Assembly (NCBI GenBank): GCA_030704615.1
Contig: CM060734.1
Span: forward strand, 14,818,001 to 14,882,000
Source of the DNA: Takakia lepidozioides
Lineage: Eukaryota; Plantae; Bryophyta
Length of the DNA: 64,000 nt
Direction of reading: 5' to 3'
Below the pieces are notes generated by a model, which had not been told where the DNA came from, ran no database searches, and was given only the letters and a program-made list of their open reading frames with translations. The position numbers were made by a program, and so were the translations under genes. Positions 49,541-63,667 of this stretch are shown here, piece after piece. Position 1 is the first letter of the stretch, and each line of letters opens with the position of its first letter.

Positions 49541-51457
49541 TGACTTTTGTAAGCTCTTCTCGATTTTAGGGTTTTCACATCTTACATATATTGTCAGTTT
49601 CACTGCCTTTGTACAATGACTGTATGACTCTACATTGTACAGTTCCTTCCCTTCACACACTCTCTCTTGAAGTACACATATTGCTTTAGCCAATGCTTTC
49701 AATTTCCATGCATGCATAGCAGAGTCCCTTCCCTCCATTTCAGATACACAAGTCTCCCTCCAAGTGCACTGAATGTCCATTGACACATAGTAGAGTCCAT
49801 GCATTTCACTTGGTCTCTCCTGAAGTACACATATTTCCATGCCCAGTGGTATGAATTTCCATCCATTCATAGTAAAGTCCCTTCCCTCTTTTTGTTTTCC
49901 AATGAACTACACAAAATGCCCATGCCAGTACTGTCAATGTCCATACAGCATGTGGGGAGTCCACTAGACCTACATGTGAATCCTTTCAAGTACATATATT
50001 ACATTTCTGATGTAACAAAGTCCATTCAATGATTAGGTACTTCGCTTGTTTCATATACACCATCCATTTGTGCATGGGTGCAGGGTATGACAAGGAGCAG
50101 CAGCGCCTTGGACGAGCTTCTCTTCCCTTCTCGGGAACAAACCCTGGCGCCCTCAAAGCTGGCAGCACCTACATACCAGCAAGTACCCTGAACTCAAATC
50201 ATGATGCTACTACTCTTAACTCCAGCTTTGATGTTACTCCGAGTATTGCTAGCAGACAATTTCACCGTAACCCATGCCATGAGGTTCCTTCACCTGATGT
50301 TGAATACAGTAGCCCACGCAAAATGAAACGGAAGAGGGAAGTGGAGATTAAACCTGGGAGGAGTGATGATGATGGGAAACAAAACATGATTGTCCACTGC
50401 AGCAAGCCACCCTCTGCCAGAATGGAGAAACAGCAACTGACATATGACCTGAGTCCTGGTAGTACTAGTAGTAGTGAAGATGAAGGTGACCAGGGCAGTG
50501 ATGATGGAGACTCGGGTCAAAGTGATGATGAGCATGGGCTCAATGGCAGAGGTGAGTTGGCAGAACCATCATCTTTAAGAAGAAGAAAAAGATGGTTTCT
50601 GTGGAGCGTGATGAACATGAGCAGGAACCACAAGCCAAAAGATCTAAATCTGCATCAAAGGAGTATGATATTGTGAAAGAGCCAAGGAAGTCTAAGGTGG
50701 GACGACAGCCAGGTTCACCATCAAAGAAAGGCCACCAAAAGAAGAAACCTATTGCTGAGAGGGTGTCTATTGCGAAGACGACCCATGCTGCTCATCATAC
50801 CCATACTCGCGGAGTCGGTGGCAAATCTAACTGACCATACATTACAGGAGTACTTCATTTTACGCAGTAGTTCATTGACTATCAATTTCACCGTTGTAAT
50901 TGATTCATTGCAATGCAAAATTTTGCTCAAGCTACGCGGTACATAATTCTCACGAGTGCTCATGGCCTGGTTTAGAGTATCCTATTTGGTCTGTCTTCTG
51001 GGGGCATGCTGTGGGGCCTGTCACCATTACTAAATAGTATTTTGAAAGACCAGCATCTAGTTTGTACCTATGCATGATGTTTTCAAAACATATGCAGGGT
51101 CTTGGCCACATGGCTGTGGCTAGAAAATGTTATGGATCACCTCTCTTTGGTGATTGGTGCCTTGCTTTTCATCTGCCTACCTGTTGTCCATGATCGTCGA
51201 ACTGTTTGATTGCCCCATAGCACATGGAATTGCAAATGTGTTTGGTGAAGAAAGGTTGAACCATCCATTTATTCTTCAGCGTAACTTGAGTTGGAAACCA
51301 CGTCTACCTTTGGCAGAGGTTGCAAGCATTGGTACCTCTTTCAGGCGGAGCAGTATCAAAGGAGGACTTGGGTCGTGCCACCTGGATCTTCCTTCAGACA
51401 CTTGTAGAGGGTTCATGTTGTCTTGTGTGCTGGTAGACAACACCTGATAACTGGGTG

Positions 51458-51844
51458 GGTGCAGGGTTCATCAACTTGAATCACGCCTAATAGCAGTCCA
51501 CACTCAATCCGGCATTGAGTCTGGACTGCTATTCTCCACTTCTATATTGCCCCCATACAGAAGAGGAGAATAACAGTGCAGACAACAACCGATCATTACA
51601 GACATGCATTCCATCAAGCAGCAGCAACGTGACGTCAAAGAATTGGTGCAGGGTTCATCAACTTGAATCACGCCTAATAGCATTCCACACTCAATCCGGC
51701 ATTGAGACTGGACTGCTATTCTCCACTTCTATATTACCCCCATACAAAAGAGGAGAATAACAGTGCAGACACAATCGGAGATGAGACCTAACAACCGATC
51801 ATTACAGGCATGCATTCCATCAAGCAACAACAACGTGACATCAA
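51458..51844. repeat. Tandem duplication, ~187 bp unit x2
   Basis: GGTGCAGGGTTCATCAACTTGAATCACGCC... starts at 51458 and 51645; high identity with one short insertion in copy 2. Confidence 0.92.
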
Positions 51845-54788
51845 TTCTATTGTTGAATTTTATGTGGGTTATGCCCATGACTACATATGGTGTGCAAGGC
51901 ATGTGTGCATTGTATGGTACGTAAAAACTGATATTCTTAACAGAACCTGTCTATGTGTGAGGTTCACTCTGGTTCTGCCCATTCAAACTGTATGTGTGTG
52001 ATGACTGCTCACTGATGACCATTCATGAACAGGGAGGGGTGCAGCCCTGCCATCAGTAATGAAATTGGTATGTCATTGAAAGGTGCATGAATACATACAT
52101 AGGGGCAGTTTGGTTGTGGGGCAGATGGTCCGTCGCATGTTTTACAGTGAACACGTGTATGCATGTTGACCATAGGGTGCTCATTTCATTGACTGGTTCA
52201 CACTCTGGCAGGTCACTGTGGTGCAACCCAGGACATGGCTGTCATAGGGTCATTGATGTATTTTTGTGGCTAGGGTGGTGCAGCCTGACATTTGATAAGA
52301 AATGGTGGTGTTCATGTGATCGCGTGTTCCGAAGAGGTACGATCGGCTGGTTTTGCTGACCCTGCGACAATGGAACAGAAAATCGCCTTGTATAGGTTTG
52401 ATAGTACGTAGCCTTAGCTTTTCTCAAGGCCCTTTTGTGTTCACACCCCCCCCCCCCCCCCATGTCTGTAGTGCCCACATTTGTTTGATCAATGAAGGGA
52501 ACATTACATATCTTTTCATGTACAATGTTCAAAGTGGCAGTCATATTGGCAGCCTTGTAGAGGTGGGGTAGAGGTGCGATTGGTGTATCTCCAAATACCA
52601 CCAGGAAGTAGGCTTTGGGGACACAAGAGAGATGAGGGTGATTGAAGCTAGCGGGGAGAGACGAAAGTCTGTGGGGCACTGAATGACAGGGAGCGAGAGG
52701 GAGAGGTGAGGTAGAGGAGACGATGGTAGAGAAGGAACGGCGCTGAAGAGGGGTATCAAGAGCGCGTGAATGGGGGAGGAGCTGCTGGAGCTTGCAGAGG
52801 TTGTCGGCTGCCTATTAGTGAGAGATGAATGAGGGGACGCTTGGGCCTGTGAGGGAGAGGGAATCCTGTGTGTACAGCTGATTGGCGGCTGGAGTTATGA
52901 AGGTGATAATATGCAAGTCTTGATGAAAGCATCAGAGCTGGTCCGGGTGGGATGAAGGGAGGAAGTTCATCAAGCTGTCAAACCAACTTCGTTTCATCAC
53001 AATACATCAAAGTCTTTACAAGATATGGCACGGATGTAAGTAGTACTTCGTGAGGTGCGCGATGATTAGAAGCAGGTTGTGACAAGAAGGACGCCGCTTG
53101 GGTCTGGGTTCCGAACCAGGCTGAGACGAAGAGCATTCTTTTTGTGGAGTTTTTATTATTTTACTTATCTGAGAAAGGCAAGCGTCTCGGGGGCAGGGTA
53201 TTGAGAGCTTGAGGGATCAAAGATGCAGACTTCGCACCGAAGAGACGATGGTGGGGAAAGATCCGTTGGGCTTCTCTCACCTTCTCTCTCTCTCACACCG
53301 CGAAACGCGGAGCTACATCGCGCCGCTCAGCTTGTTTCCCACTATATAAGTACCAGCAGGTAGGTCGTAAATCATAATTGCATTGGTCCTGCATTGTCCT
53401 ATATCGATTGCCCGTAGTCTACATCGCGCAGGATACTTAGGCAGATGTGGTCTAGGGGAGGTGGACGGGGGTGGCGAAGGGCTGTAGTAGGGCTCCGCAT
53501 ACGGAGCCAGTCTACCGCGTCATAGCCGGCCTCCTCAGGGCCAATCAGAAGGCGGCTATGCGGCGAGCAAGCTGTTCTCGACTGCTACGTATACGTAGAT
53601 CGTAAGTTACTCGGGTAGAAGTAGTACGTCGGCCAGCGAGTGGGACTTATCAAATGAGAGAAAGCCACGTGTTGAACAAGAGTGAAGGGTGACGTGGAGG
53701 TAAATGCGGCGCTCGGACAGCTCCGGGTGTGTACGCACTACGCACGCACGCACGCCCTTCCGACACGTGCGGTTGTCCACACGAGCCGTCGCCGCATTAG
53801 CTCATGGCCGGCTACCGGCTACTGTGGGTCACCAGTCACTTTTAGGGCTCTTTGGAAGAGAGTCGCTGGATCAGAGTTCAATTCCGCAAGATGTCCCAGA
53901 AGACCGACTGATTTGGAAGCAGAATTCCTGCTACCACCCATTGCATCTCTCTTGAATTACAATGGCCTGAGCTTTTTACCATGAACTGCTTTTGCCTTCT
54001 AGTCGCTGGCCGAATTACTTTTTTCACACATAAGAGCACAGATGTTTCAGTGCTGACTAAAATACTCCTCTCTATGAGGATACCTAGATAAGCCATCGCA
54101 CCTCATTTGGGTCATTTATAAAGCTTTATAGAGTTGTTGCAATGAGCAGGGGCACAAAAGTGAGGGAGAGAGAAAGAAGTTCCAACCCCACCTCAGATAC
54201 ACAGTCCTCCAAACACTAATGTTTGCATGAAATATGCCAGAGCAGATTCAGCGACCAATGATTGCAGGTGTAGCAGCGCACCAATGCTGATTGTTTTTGG
54301 GCCCACCCAAATTGCAATGCAAGCCTCATGCCCCACAACCTTGCTGAAATTGTTTCTTACCCTGATTGCCTTTTCATATGCACACTGCTGGTTCTCCAAC
54401 CTGCGACCTACTCTGCTGCTAGAGTACAGATGGGCCACGGCATTGGCTGGAGACACTCCTTGGTGTTTGACATTCACCAGATAATGCATTGCGTTGTTTG
54501 GATGACAATCTCCTCGCACAGATCACAGATAATTGGGATGCTTGGTTTGATGAGAATGAAGTTTTCCAGGGGGCTTGGATGGAGTGTGCACAGTTTGGGC
54601 ATGAAGAGGAAGGCACCTTGAATGTGGCAACTAGAATGCCCAAGTACTCGTTTGGTGAGGAAGTCCCAAGTTCTGCCTCTATTCCCTACACATGCCTGTT
54701 GCATGCTCAAAAAAGCACTGACCACGTCACAGACCTCTCCTGAAGTCTCAGAAAGCAAGGCTTTGAGGCCAACAACGTCACCAGCTCC

Positions 54789-57576
54789 TCAACGAGGCCG
54801 AAGCGTCCGCTGGAAACCAACCAATAACACAAGGTTACAACTCAATTTACCTTCTAACACAAGGACAATCAGGACAAGCCTAAATAAAAGTAACAGAAGG
54901 AGAAGAAAATAGCGAGTTGGACATGGAAGTTCTATCTATCAGTAGTGATCCAGCTGCACAACTCCCAGCAGTTCCTATGGTAGTCCGTCAAAAGGCCCAT
55001 ACCCCAATTGATTCCTTTGCAAATCCAAGACCAACAGAGCTTAACATAAATACCGATTCATACCATTTGTTTTAGCAACAATAGCACTGGCTACACCATC
55101 AACCTCCAACCATAATCAGGCATGAAACATCAGATAGGGGTAGTAAGATGATAAGGACAACAATGGGGAGGGTGTCAGGGACTGTACTCGGGGAAGGCGG
55201 TCAGACGAAGCTAGCACTTGACTGTCACCATCTGTGCCTGTTCGCTTCACCAAGTCATCACTACCATGCTTGAAGAAGCTTTCAAGCACTCTAATGGTGA
55301 AGTTACGCATTCTATTAACCTCCATGGCAGACACGTTTTTCAGCTGCGATCAAGGAGTTCAACCTCAGAAGAGAGAGAAAATGGAGGTAGAGACTGCTGA
55401 AAGGACAAAAGACAAACAGATGCATTTTTTCTTTCCCCTATGGCTTCACTTGGCTGCCGTGATTTTCCAGTGAAGGTAGGCATTGCTAAGAAATAGGAGA
55501 GAGAAACAAATTTGGTGTTATCAGATTTAATTGCCTTCTCATTTCCCTCTGCAAAGTCTCATTCATAGAGTGCGGATCAGCAAGCAACAGACAGAAAGCT
55601 GAACCAAAATCCAAAAGGAACACCAATGCCAACCTTGACAGCATGAGTTCGGCCAGTCAGAGTCTTCAGGCCCTTCTCCACTTTCTCCCATCGCACGTCC
55701 TTTATATCCTCAATCAGTGACTGCACCTGTGCATTTGAATGTTAGGAATTCTAACCAACCTTTCCATAGACACAACAGATAGATTGATTTTGACTCCCAA
55801 CAAAGGCAGGTTTAGTAGTGGGATTAGGGTTCAAAGAGATCTACAGACGTAGACGGGCACAATTAGGAAACCCGATTATCCAACCAGGCGTGGAGTTTGT
55901 AAGAAACATAAGGGACTGGCCAGGATAGCAGAGAGGAGAGAGAGAAGAGTGGAGAGTTGAGGAGCATTCAACACGGCATGTCAAAAACGGTTTCACTCAT
56001 GAACTAGGTCAGTTTATGGCAGTGGTGTGCAAGTTGAGCCCTGCTGTGTTTGCAGTTATCAATCCGTTACATCTGTAAAAAGAATGGAATGAATGGTAGG
56101 GTCTGAAGTACTAACCATGAAACTGTTCTCAAAATCTTCCCGCGCACTTCTCACGCAAAGAACCCACCAAATGAAGAAAATTTGGCATCAATGTTGTACT
56201 GGATTACTGAAACTAGTTCACAGCCCTAGCAAGATGGAAGCCTTAATGTCAAGAGAGACGAGATGTAGGCTCCACGTACATATAGCGGGGTTCGAGAGCC
56301 CACAAAAGATGCAGACTTCTGAAACTGACAAGTTAAGGTAATTTGCATTAGACAGTTTTTGAAGTGTCCAATACCCTTGTCAAATAGGAGAACGTGTTCA
56401 AAAACTGATGTGCATATCATTTCAGATCAATGCATCATGGAGAACATCAAAACCAACAACTTAGCCTACAAATGCCTACAAGGAGCTTGCAAACAAAAGA
56501 ATGAAGAAAGGCGTCACGAAGAGCATGAGCACCATCCACGCAGGGTGGGTGACACTGAACTGCTCAAATCCAATTCCAGATGAAAACCAGGTGTGTCCTT
56601 CCAGCATTAGCTCTGGAGTACATCCCCAGTTTATTTGTTCAATCAATGTACTTGTAGTACAAATCGACATCTACAAACTAAAATTAACAGACTAGGCCAG
56701 TTGGACGAAGAAAGGAGACCTACTTGTCAAGCAGCAACCTTGATATCTCAACATAGTGAAAAGGCAGCGGCTGGAATTCCCGTGGCGCTTCTCTCTCTTC
56801 CTCGAGAGCATGGGTCAAACTTTCTGGAAGCGGTGGAGTGACCCTTATTTTATTACGGAGGCGCAGTACTTTCCAATCGACACCATAATATTTTATTATG
56901 GTCCATTCAAGTCACATTTTCCCTCCCGATTGAAATTCCACATTGTTCAGCGTAAATCTTGTTAGATAGTATTTGTCTTTCTTCATCCTTCTCACCATCC
57001 TCTGCGTCTCGAATTTACTTACGGGCTGGGTCTTTACCTCTCTTTCTCTCTCCCTTGTCTCCCAACTCTCTCCAAAACATCCCACCGCTTGCTAGTTTTC
57101 CCTCTTGGCGGAAGGAATACTCACCAACAGACATCCAATCGGGGGGTTGAATTCGGCATTTACTGCGTTTTTTCATAGCAACGCCGAGCCAGAGTGGAAC
57201 CTTTACAGGTATCTGAGGTCGAAATGGGCCAAAGTCTCCCTGCCCCACCCACCCTCAGGCATACTCAGCTCCCGAGCCACCATGATGTAATGCAAGACAA
57301 ACGAGCTTCGACAAATATCAAATCAAGATTCGATCAAAAGATACGTACGCCTATCAGCTGCAGTGCGTCCATGCGCACGTTGGGAATGATGTTGATCGTC
57401 TCATCTTCTGCCAGAAACTCCATCTGCATTCCAATCACCAGTTCAATCGCCCTGATACGTCGTGTCTACATCTTTCACCCAATCCTCTAACAAAACCCAC
57501 TATCATCTCAAACTTACGTCGAACGTACCTCAGACTCCGTGAAGAGAGACTCCTCCGGATTGCCCTGCCCCGCCAT
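54789..57576 (-). CDS. PSF2: DNA replication complex GINS subunit PSF2, 8 exons, ~212 aa, intact
   Basis: Exons 57576-57529, 57423-57349, 57239-57125, 56823-56724, 56146-56116, 55726-55634, 55343-55188, 54809-54789, all GT-AG and in phase. [64 protein letters not shown]. Confidence 0.95.
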
Positions 57577-57648
57577 AGCCGATTGTCGAGACAATTGCTC
57601 TCACGATCGCGCGCGCACACACACACACTCTCTCTCTCTCTCTCAAAA

Positions 57649-57658
57649 TTGGCGGGAA
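57649..57658. promoter_or_regulatory. E2F-binding site in the PSF2/LEA intergenic promoter
   Basis: TTGGCGGGAA (TTCCCGCCAA) about 75 bp upstream of the PSF2 ATG, next to a (CG)n(CA)n(CT)n tract; E2F sites are typical of replication genes. Confidence 0.7.
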
Positions 57659-58039
57659 CCACTTCCGGTACCGGCCAACCGACATCCAAAATGGATGAAT
57701 GACGATTCATATTTTGGAGTGTTTGCGTCACTCCCACAGCAGCAGCGATTACAATGCGGAGCTTAAGAATTGCTAGATCCATCTAAAGCTTCGAGAGGAG
57801 GCTGTCCGCACACAGGGATCGTAGTCGCGGAGTTGTAAATTTTTAGAGCTGAGAGTTCTTCTATTGTGCGAGCCGGGACAGAATCCAGTACGTGGAGACA
57901 TTTCAAGAGATTGAGACTAATCTTTGTCTCTTGCTGTGAGGCAGGGAGGTTGCAACGGAAGGATTTATTTTCAAGTCATTATCGAGTCTATCTAGTGCGG
58001 CCTGCATTGTTGATTGAAATTCCGGAGGATCAGCAAGCA

Positions 58040-60163
58040 ATGGTGGACGCTAAGGAGCGGGGATTATGGAACTCCGGAGAGGACGGGGAAACTAGGACCG
58101 AAGACAAGGGGTTCTGGAATTCTGAAGGGAAGGAGGAAGAGAAAGGAGCAAAGGACAACGAAACAAAGGGAGAAAAGGACCATGGGGGTAAGGCGGGCGG
58201 GTTATTAGGTCTCATCCAAGGGATTGGCGAGAAGATTGAGGATGCCTTGAGCTTCGGCAAGCCTCATGCGGATGTGGTGGGGTTTCATCTTCCGTCCATT
58301 ACCACCAAACAAGCGGATGTCATTATTGAAGTGCGCATCACAAATCCTAACCCGCTTCCCATTCCTCTGTTGGAAATTATCTACAGTATCGAGAGTGAAG
58401 GCCGCCATTTGGCTTCAGGAACTATACCCGATGCAGGCACAATTCATGCTCATGGATCGGAGACTATCAAAGTACCTCTCACGCGACATTGTTGATACAT
58501 TTGAGGACATCCATCCGGGTCAAGTTATTGGCTACCTTGTGAAGGTGACGACATCTTCAACAAGTCTTTTTGAATTGATGGTTCTGGAACTCCAACCATT
58601 TTATAAATGTTCAGGTTTTGAGAAGTCCCAAACTAGCTTGGTAAAGGTCTTGTCCCAGTATGTCTTCAGAGCTGGATTCTGGTTGTAGCGTTGTATGGTT
58701 GCAGGCCCTCTTCGTATGCTTTCGCGTTCTGCTATTACCTCGTCATTTGCGTGTAGTTTTTAGCTTCCTAGCGTGACTCTGCCAATGATGTTTAATTTAT
58801 TGCCGGTAGGATTGAACATGGATACAGGTCCACTTGTGAATGTCAGCACGTTTGGCCCTGGTAGCAGGTGTTTGAATGGAGCATCTGGCCTGGAGACCTA
58901 ATTGCAACAGCCTAGGCCTCCAGAGCTTCACAATGAGGTCATGTGGGCCACGCCCTTGAGCTGGTGACAGACCCCATTCTGTCTGCTGTCCTCACCAAGT
59001 GTAAATTTTCTTCTGCTGAGGGTCGATGTCAGAGTTTCGCTTTTATGAAAATCTAATTCTTAACTCAAGTTTTTAAGCCTGGTAGTGAAGGGAATAGAGT
59101 GGATGTCAGAAGTTTGAGTTACAGTCATGGTGACTGAGTTTGACTCTGATGATCCAAATATTCCTTTTGACTCTTCTCAGCATCACTTTCTGGAGATTCT
59201 CTGTGTCAAATGATCATAGTGACCTTGTGAATTACAGGTACAGCTGGTGGCTGATGTGCCAGTTCTGGGGAAGCTCACTCTCCCGTTGCAGAAGAGTGGG
59301 GAGATCCCAATCCCTGAAAAGCCTGACGTTGACGTTGACAAAGTAGTGTGGGACCATCTCTCCCTGGAACAGACAGGGGCTACCATGCATATCAATGTGA
59401 AGAACACAAACAATTTTGAGATAGGGACATCTTCAAGTCTTTTTGTTGTTGTGGGTCAGGTCCCAAAGGGTTGGAATGATTGAGAGAGCCATGAGTCTTT
59501 TGATTAGTCATTGATCACATCCCATTGCATAATCCAAATTAAGAGCAAAACATGAAAGAGTAAACTTAATGTGACTTCACATCTGGTAATCAGTTAAACT
59601 CGTTCAGATAGCATGTTGATGAGTATTCCCTATAGATGGAATTCCAAATTGCTGGTGTCTGCAAATTCAATGACATTCTTGCATCCAATGCAGTACCATG
59701 ATTGCTGAACAAGGGGGTTCTATTCAACGAGACTAATGTCTGGCTCTGGACTACGCACCAATGCCCAGTGTTTTTCGGCACCGATTGCAAACTTCACATA
59801 TGTTTAAGAGAGATATATCAGGGATTATTCTTTTATGTTGATCCTTATGTTTATATGTTGTTGGATAGGGTACCAGGTGTAAAATGTTTGGACTACGATC
59901 TCAGCCTTGCAGACGTGCAAATTGCCAGTGCAGACCTCCGGCAGTCGACCACAATCGGGGCTAAGGGCTCTGGGTTAATGCAATTGCCCATCTCATTCCG
60001 TCCCAAGGATTTTGGGGGTGCATTATGGGACATAATACGGGGGAAGGGAACAGGTTACTCCATGTCTCGGAACCTGGAGGTTGATACTCCTTTTGGACCC
60101 ATGCACCTGCCTTATAACAACTCCAGCGGCGTTACACAGTTGAAGGGGAAATCTGAGGTCTGA
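58040..60163 (+). pseudogene. Tandem LEA_2/WHy-domain desiccation-related protein (At2g44060-like), 3 exons, apparently damaged
   Basis: Exons 58040-58544, 59238-59424, 59877-60163. FGKPHADV, NPNPLPIPL, IPDAGTIHAHGSET, PIPEKPDVD, FRPKDFGGALWDIIRGKGTGY, VDTPFG. Frameshift at about 58484 and GG instead of GT at donor 59425. Confidence 0.85.
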
Positions 60164-63102
60164 GGTTTGTTATTCCTTCGTTATTTCTGTTGGTCCCTAC
60201 TTTTAGTTTCTGCTATTTATATTTAGAATATCAGTTGTGGAGAGAGTGAGCAATTAAGTACTCTTTGCAGGTGATTGGTTTGCCGTAGTGTGCTGCGTGC
60301 TTCTAGATGTTCCCTAAGATACAAACCATTCCTCCTGAATCGGGGTGCATATTCCACCTACAATGCCAAGGTAAATGCTAAGGTAGCATGGTTGATGAGG
60401 GCTTTAAGAAGGCCCATGAGATGTAGGAATGTTAATGGAATTGTTAATTGTAGCTTCTCAGATGACCACGCAAGTTACAGGTACCGTTCAAAGAGATGTT
60501 CTCCTACATTTGTCCAGAGCTTGCTGGAATATCAAGAACACAGTTGTTCAACGTCTCAAGTTTTAGTGTGGATGATGGTTGTGCAGGATAAGGATTGATA
60601 CTGGCGGAGAGGAGAATCATCTGTAAGTTATATCGTTCATGCGTCAAGATCCCTTCCTCAAATTTTTCGTACCTGATGTTCTGAGCAATCATCTGTGCAC
60701 TTTCACCGAACTTCATACTGTTTCGTTGAAAGCTCTCTAGTGGGGCTACTGATTGAGGACACCATTGTGAATTTTGTGTACGCTTTGTGTTAAGGGTGGA
60801 GGTTGAGAAAGCAGTATTTGTGTTTGGAACGTATATATTGGTCTTCAACAATCTGCCAGTCATTTAAAATGTCTGAATCAGCAGTTGATCTAAAATTACT
60901 TCCATGCTCTTCATGATGAGGATTCGACGTGTGCAATCTATTTCCTGTACATTAGCCAGACCACGTTTGTGTAAAATGAAACTTCAGGTCGAAATCTCTG
61001 AAAAGAACGAAAAACTAAATGGAGAATTGAAGACTTCATCTTTAATATCTATGGGATAGGACACGGTCAGGGCCATGCTGATTTCACTTTTTTTAACAGG
61101 GGTAGGACAAACAATTTTAGTAGTGATTTCTTAGCTAGTCTTCCTGCTTCTTTGCATTATATTTATGCTATCCTTCCTGTTTCCTTCTAACTGCCTAGGA
61201 GTGCTCACAAAAATTGACTACATGCTGAACAGAGTATGGACCTGCCTACAATGCTGTCTAGAGGTCTTCTTCGGGTATAGCCCAATTTGGACTGGGTTTG
61301 ATGAGATAATCTCTGCAGGAACACTACCAAGGGTTCAACTATGTGTATCTATGCTCTGCAACTCTGTAAGACTCTCTCAAAATTCTGATCCCAGGGTGTG
61401 ACAGGGTCGATATTGGTGTGGGCAAGCCATCTATGTCTGTGGGTCTCCATCCTCAGAACCTATCAGGTTCAGAATAACTAGGTCTTAATATTGTATGTGT
61501 GCTTTGCTGTGTCGCGGTGGCCTCAGCAATGCAGTTTCTGTTCATGGTGCTTTCACCTCCACATCTGGATGCCGAAGTGCATACCCTGGGCAAGGTACAT
61601 GTCGATGCCCATTCAAGCCCTCCCTCTCCTCTGTGCTTCAGAGAAAGCTACCTTTGTTGAGATGCGGGAACTTGTCCACCCTCCAAGTTTGTGAAGTGTC
61701 CTCATGGGGGAAGACTTCACTACAGACCGATTTTGAGGACGTAATAATGAACGGATTACATTAAAAATCTTAAAACTATTTTGTAATGAATTTCCCCACC
61801 CCACGGTTTGTTTGTCTGTCTCAAGAGATATGTGTTTCTCGATTGCTACTGATATAGCAGGTGGATGTTCCTGGCTTTTGCCGCTTTCAACTCAGGGCTG
61901 CTGTTGTGGCCTAAAATCTCCCAAGCGGGGAGGCCACCCAGGCAATTTGGCCCACGCAGAGAACAAAGCTGTGCAGGTACTGTTTGTGATGTTGTAGCAC
62001 ATGGCGTAAACAAGCAAACCTAACAAGCATAACCAAAACAACTTCGAATTTCTGCAACATGGCAAGTAGATGGCAACTATGCCATCCCGCTTCTTTAAGA
62101 TATGTTTCTTATAGATAAGAAATAGGGCAGTGGCCGAGACTGCCAATGCTGCCAACACTGTCCTTGCGATAGCCATTGTGAAGGGGCAATATTCACCGGT
62201 GCTCATTGTCTGTTCTGGAACCGCTTTCGTGGCAGCTTATTTAGATTGATGTCGATTTAGCCTAAGGGCCCCCGGAATGAGGACAGAACAGAGCTGATCC
62301 AACCATATGGTAGGCCAACCACACCCCGATATAGATAAAACCTTTTCTGGGGAGGGAGTTTAGGTAAAGGGTTGACAGCCACACCTTAGTAAAGGGGGGA
62401 GTACACCTAAAAAATAACCTTGTGGAAGCTGGAAAGAAGCTAGATTTTTGACGGCTTAACCAGGTTTGTCTCGGATGAGGTAGTCGCAGCTTTTGAGTGT
62501 CTTGCTATGACCAACCCTGAGCTATTCGTAACGCCGCGCCCTGAGTCTCTCGCGTCAGTCCTTCCCCCCGGGAATCCTTCATTTCACGCAAGAGGAAGGA
62601 AGATAGCTCCCTATCTTTGGCAGCTTTGAAGAAAGTGATCTAATCAAAGTCCAGAAGCTGAATATGAATTAAAGCTGTGGCTCTGACAGATCTGAGGTGC
62701 AAGAAGAAAGGAGGCTTGTCTCCACTCCATGCTCAGCTGCTGATATTCGATGCTGGCGTGAAGGTCTGCGTTCAAAATACAATTGCGGGTGATTGCATGC
62801 TTTTGCGGTCCCCTGCTTGCAAATCATGATTGTGACGGTGCCAGTTCTGGAACTAGCCATAATTTATGTTCCCATCCTCCAGGTACTTCTTCTTTGAACC
62901 CTCGTCGGTTGTAACTTGTAACTAGCAAGAAATGCTTAAACCCATCACTGCAAGCAACGCTCTCCTCTCATTGTCGAGAGATTTCCCGTTTCCTTCCTTC
63001 ACATTCGTTTGGTAACACATAACCTTCTTTAACCCGCAAGGATCTCATCTTCTTTGAACCATAGCAACGCTCTCTTGCTCAGATCAACCTGGCTTTGTAT
63101 AT

Positions 63103-63448
63103 CACAGAGGAGTATGCCAGGCGAGGGGGCGCGCCTCAGCACTATGTCCCAGACACAATGAGGCATAGTGTCGGGGATGCCCGGGCAAAAACTGCCCGCC
63201 CTGCCACGTTGGCGCACAGCCCTCGGCCCTCCTCCCCGTTGACTCCCTGCTCCCCAGCGCCACGAGGGCACAAGCCTGCCTGTGGGACCCGCCTGCCCCC
63301 TAGCCGTCCTCGCCCAGGCCCTAACTTATGGTGTCACTTCACCACAAGGACTACTGCCTTCCAGCTGAAAGGACATACCAGACCGTGGTTTGAACCCACA
63401 ACCACATCCAACGTGGTATGTGCCCATTACCACTGGGCTACATGCTGG
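63103..63448 (-). mobile_element. tRNA-derived SINE-like element
   Basis: Head 63448-63378 with A box TAGCCCAGTGG, B box GGTTCAAACC, D stem GCCC/GGGC and T stem GTGG/CCAC; GC-rich body; flanking TTGTATAT/TTGTCTAT (7/8) as a possible TSD. Confidence 0.65.
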
Positions 63449-63667
63449 TTGTCTATGGAAAATAACATAACACTACTCCCATATATCATTTTAGGAAAAT
63501 ATGAAAGTGTTTTCTCTGTTTTTATTTGGGGGACTGTATTTTTAATATGAAAATAGGAATAATGTAAGAACTTAATGCACACGGCAACCTCTGATAGGAT
63601 GGTACGCCGCTTTTCGGCATGTCAAATCTTCCCCACCCTCTTTTGAGAGTGACATGGAACTGAAGGA

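Noticed and set aside
50029-50834. 215-aa ORF and its frameshifted continuation as a real gene
   Set aside because: Low-complexity acidic/basic sequence with no recognisable domain; it may be TE-derived but cannot be supported.
54193-54743. Separate gene downstream of PSF2
   Set aside because: Short overlapping ORFs on both strands with no recognised homology or consistent exon chain.
60275-62206. Additional host exons after the LEA gene
   Set aside because: Some stretches look protein-like, but they contain stops and match no family I can identify.
62260-62460. RTE-like LINE 5' UTR
   Set aside because: Only a vague motif resemblance, with no downstream APE or RT coding sequence.
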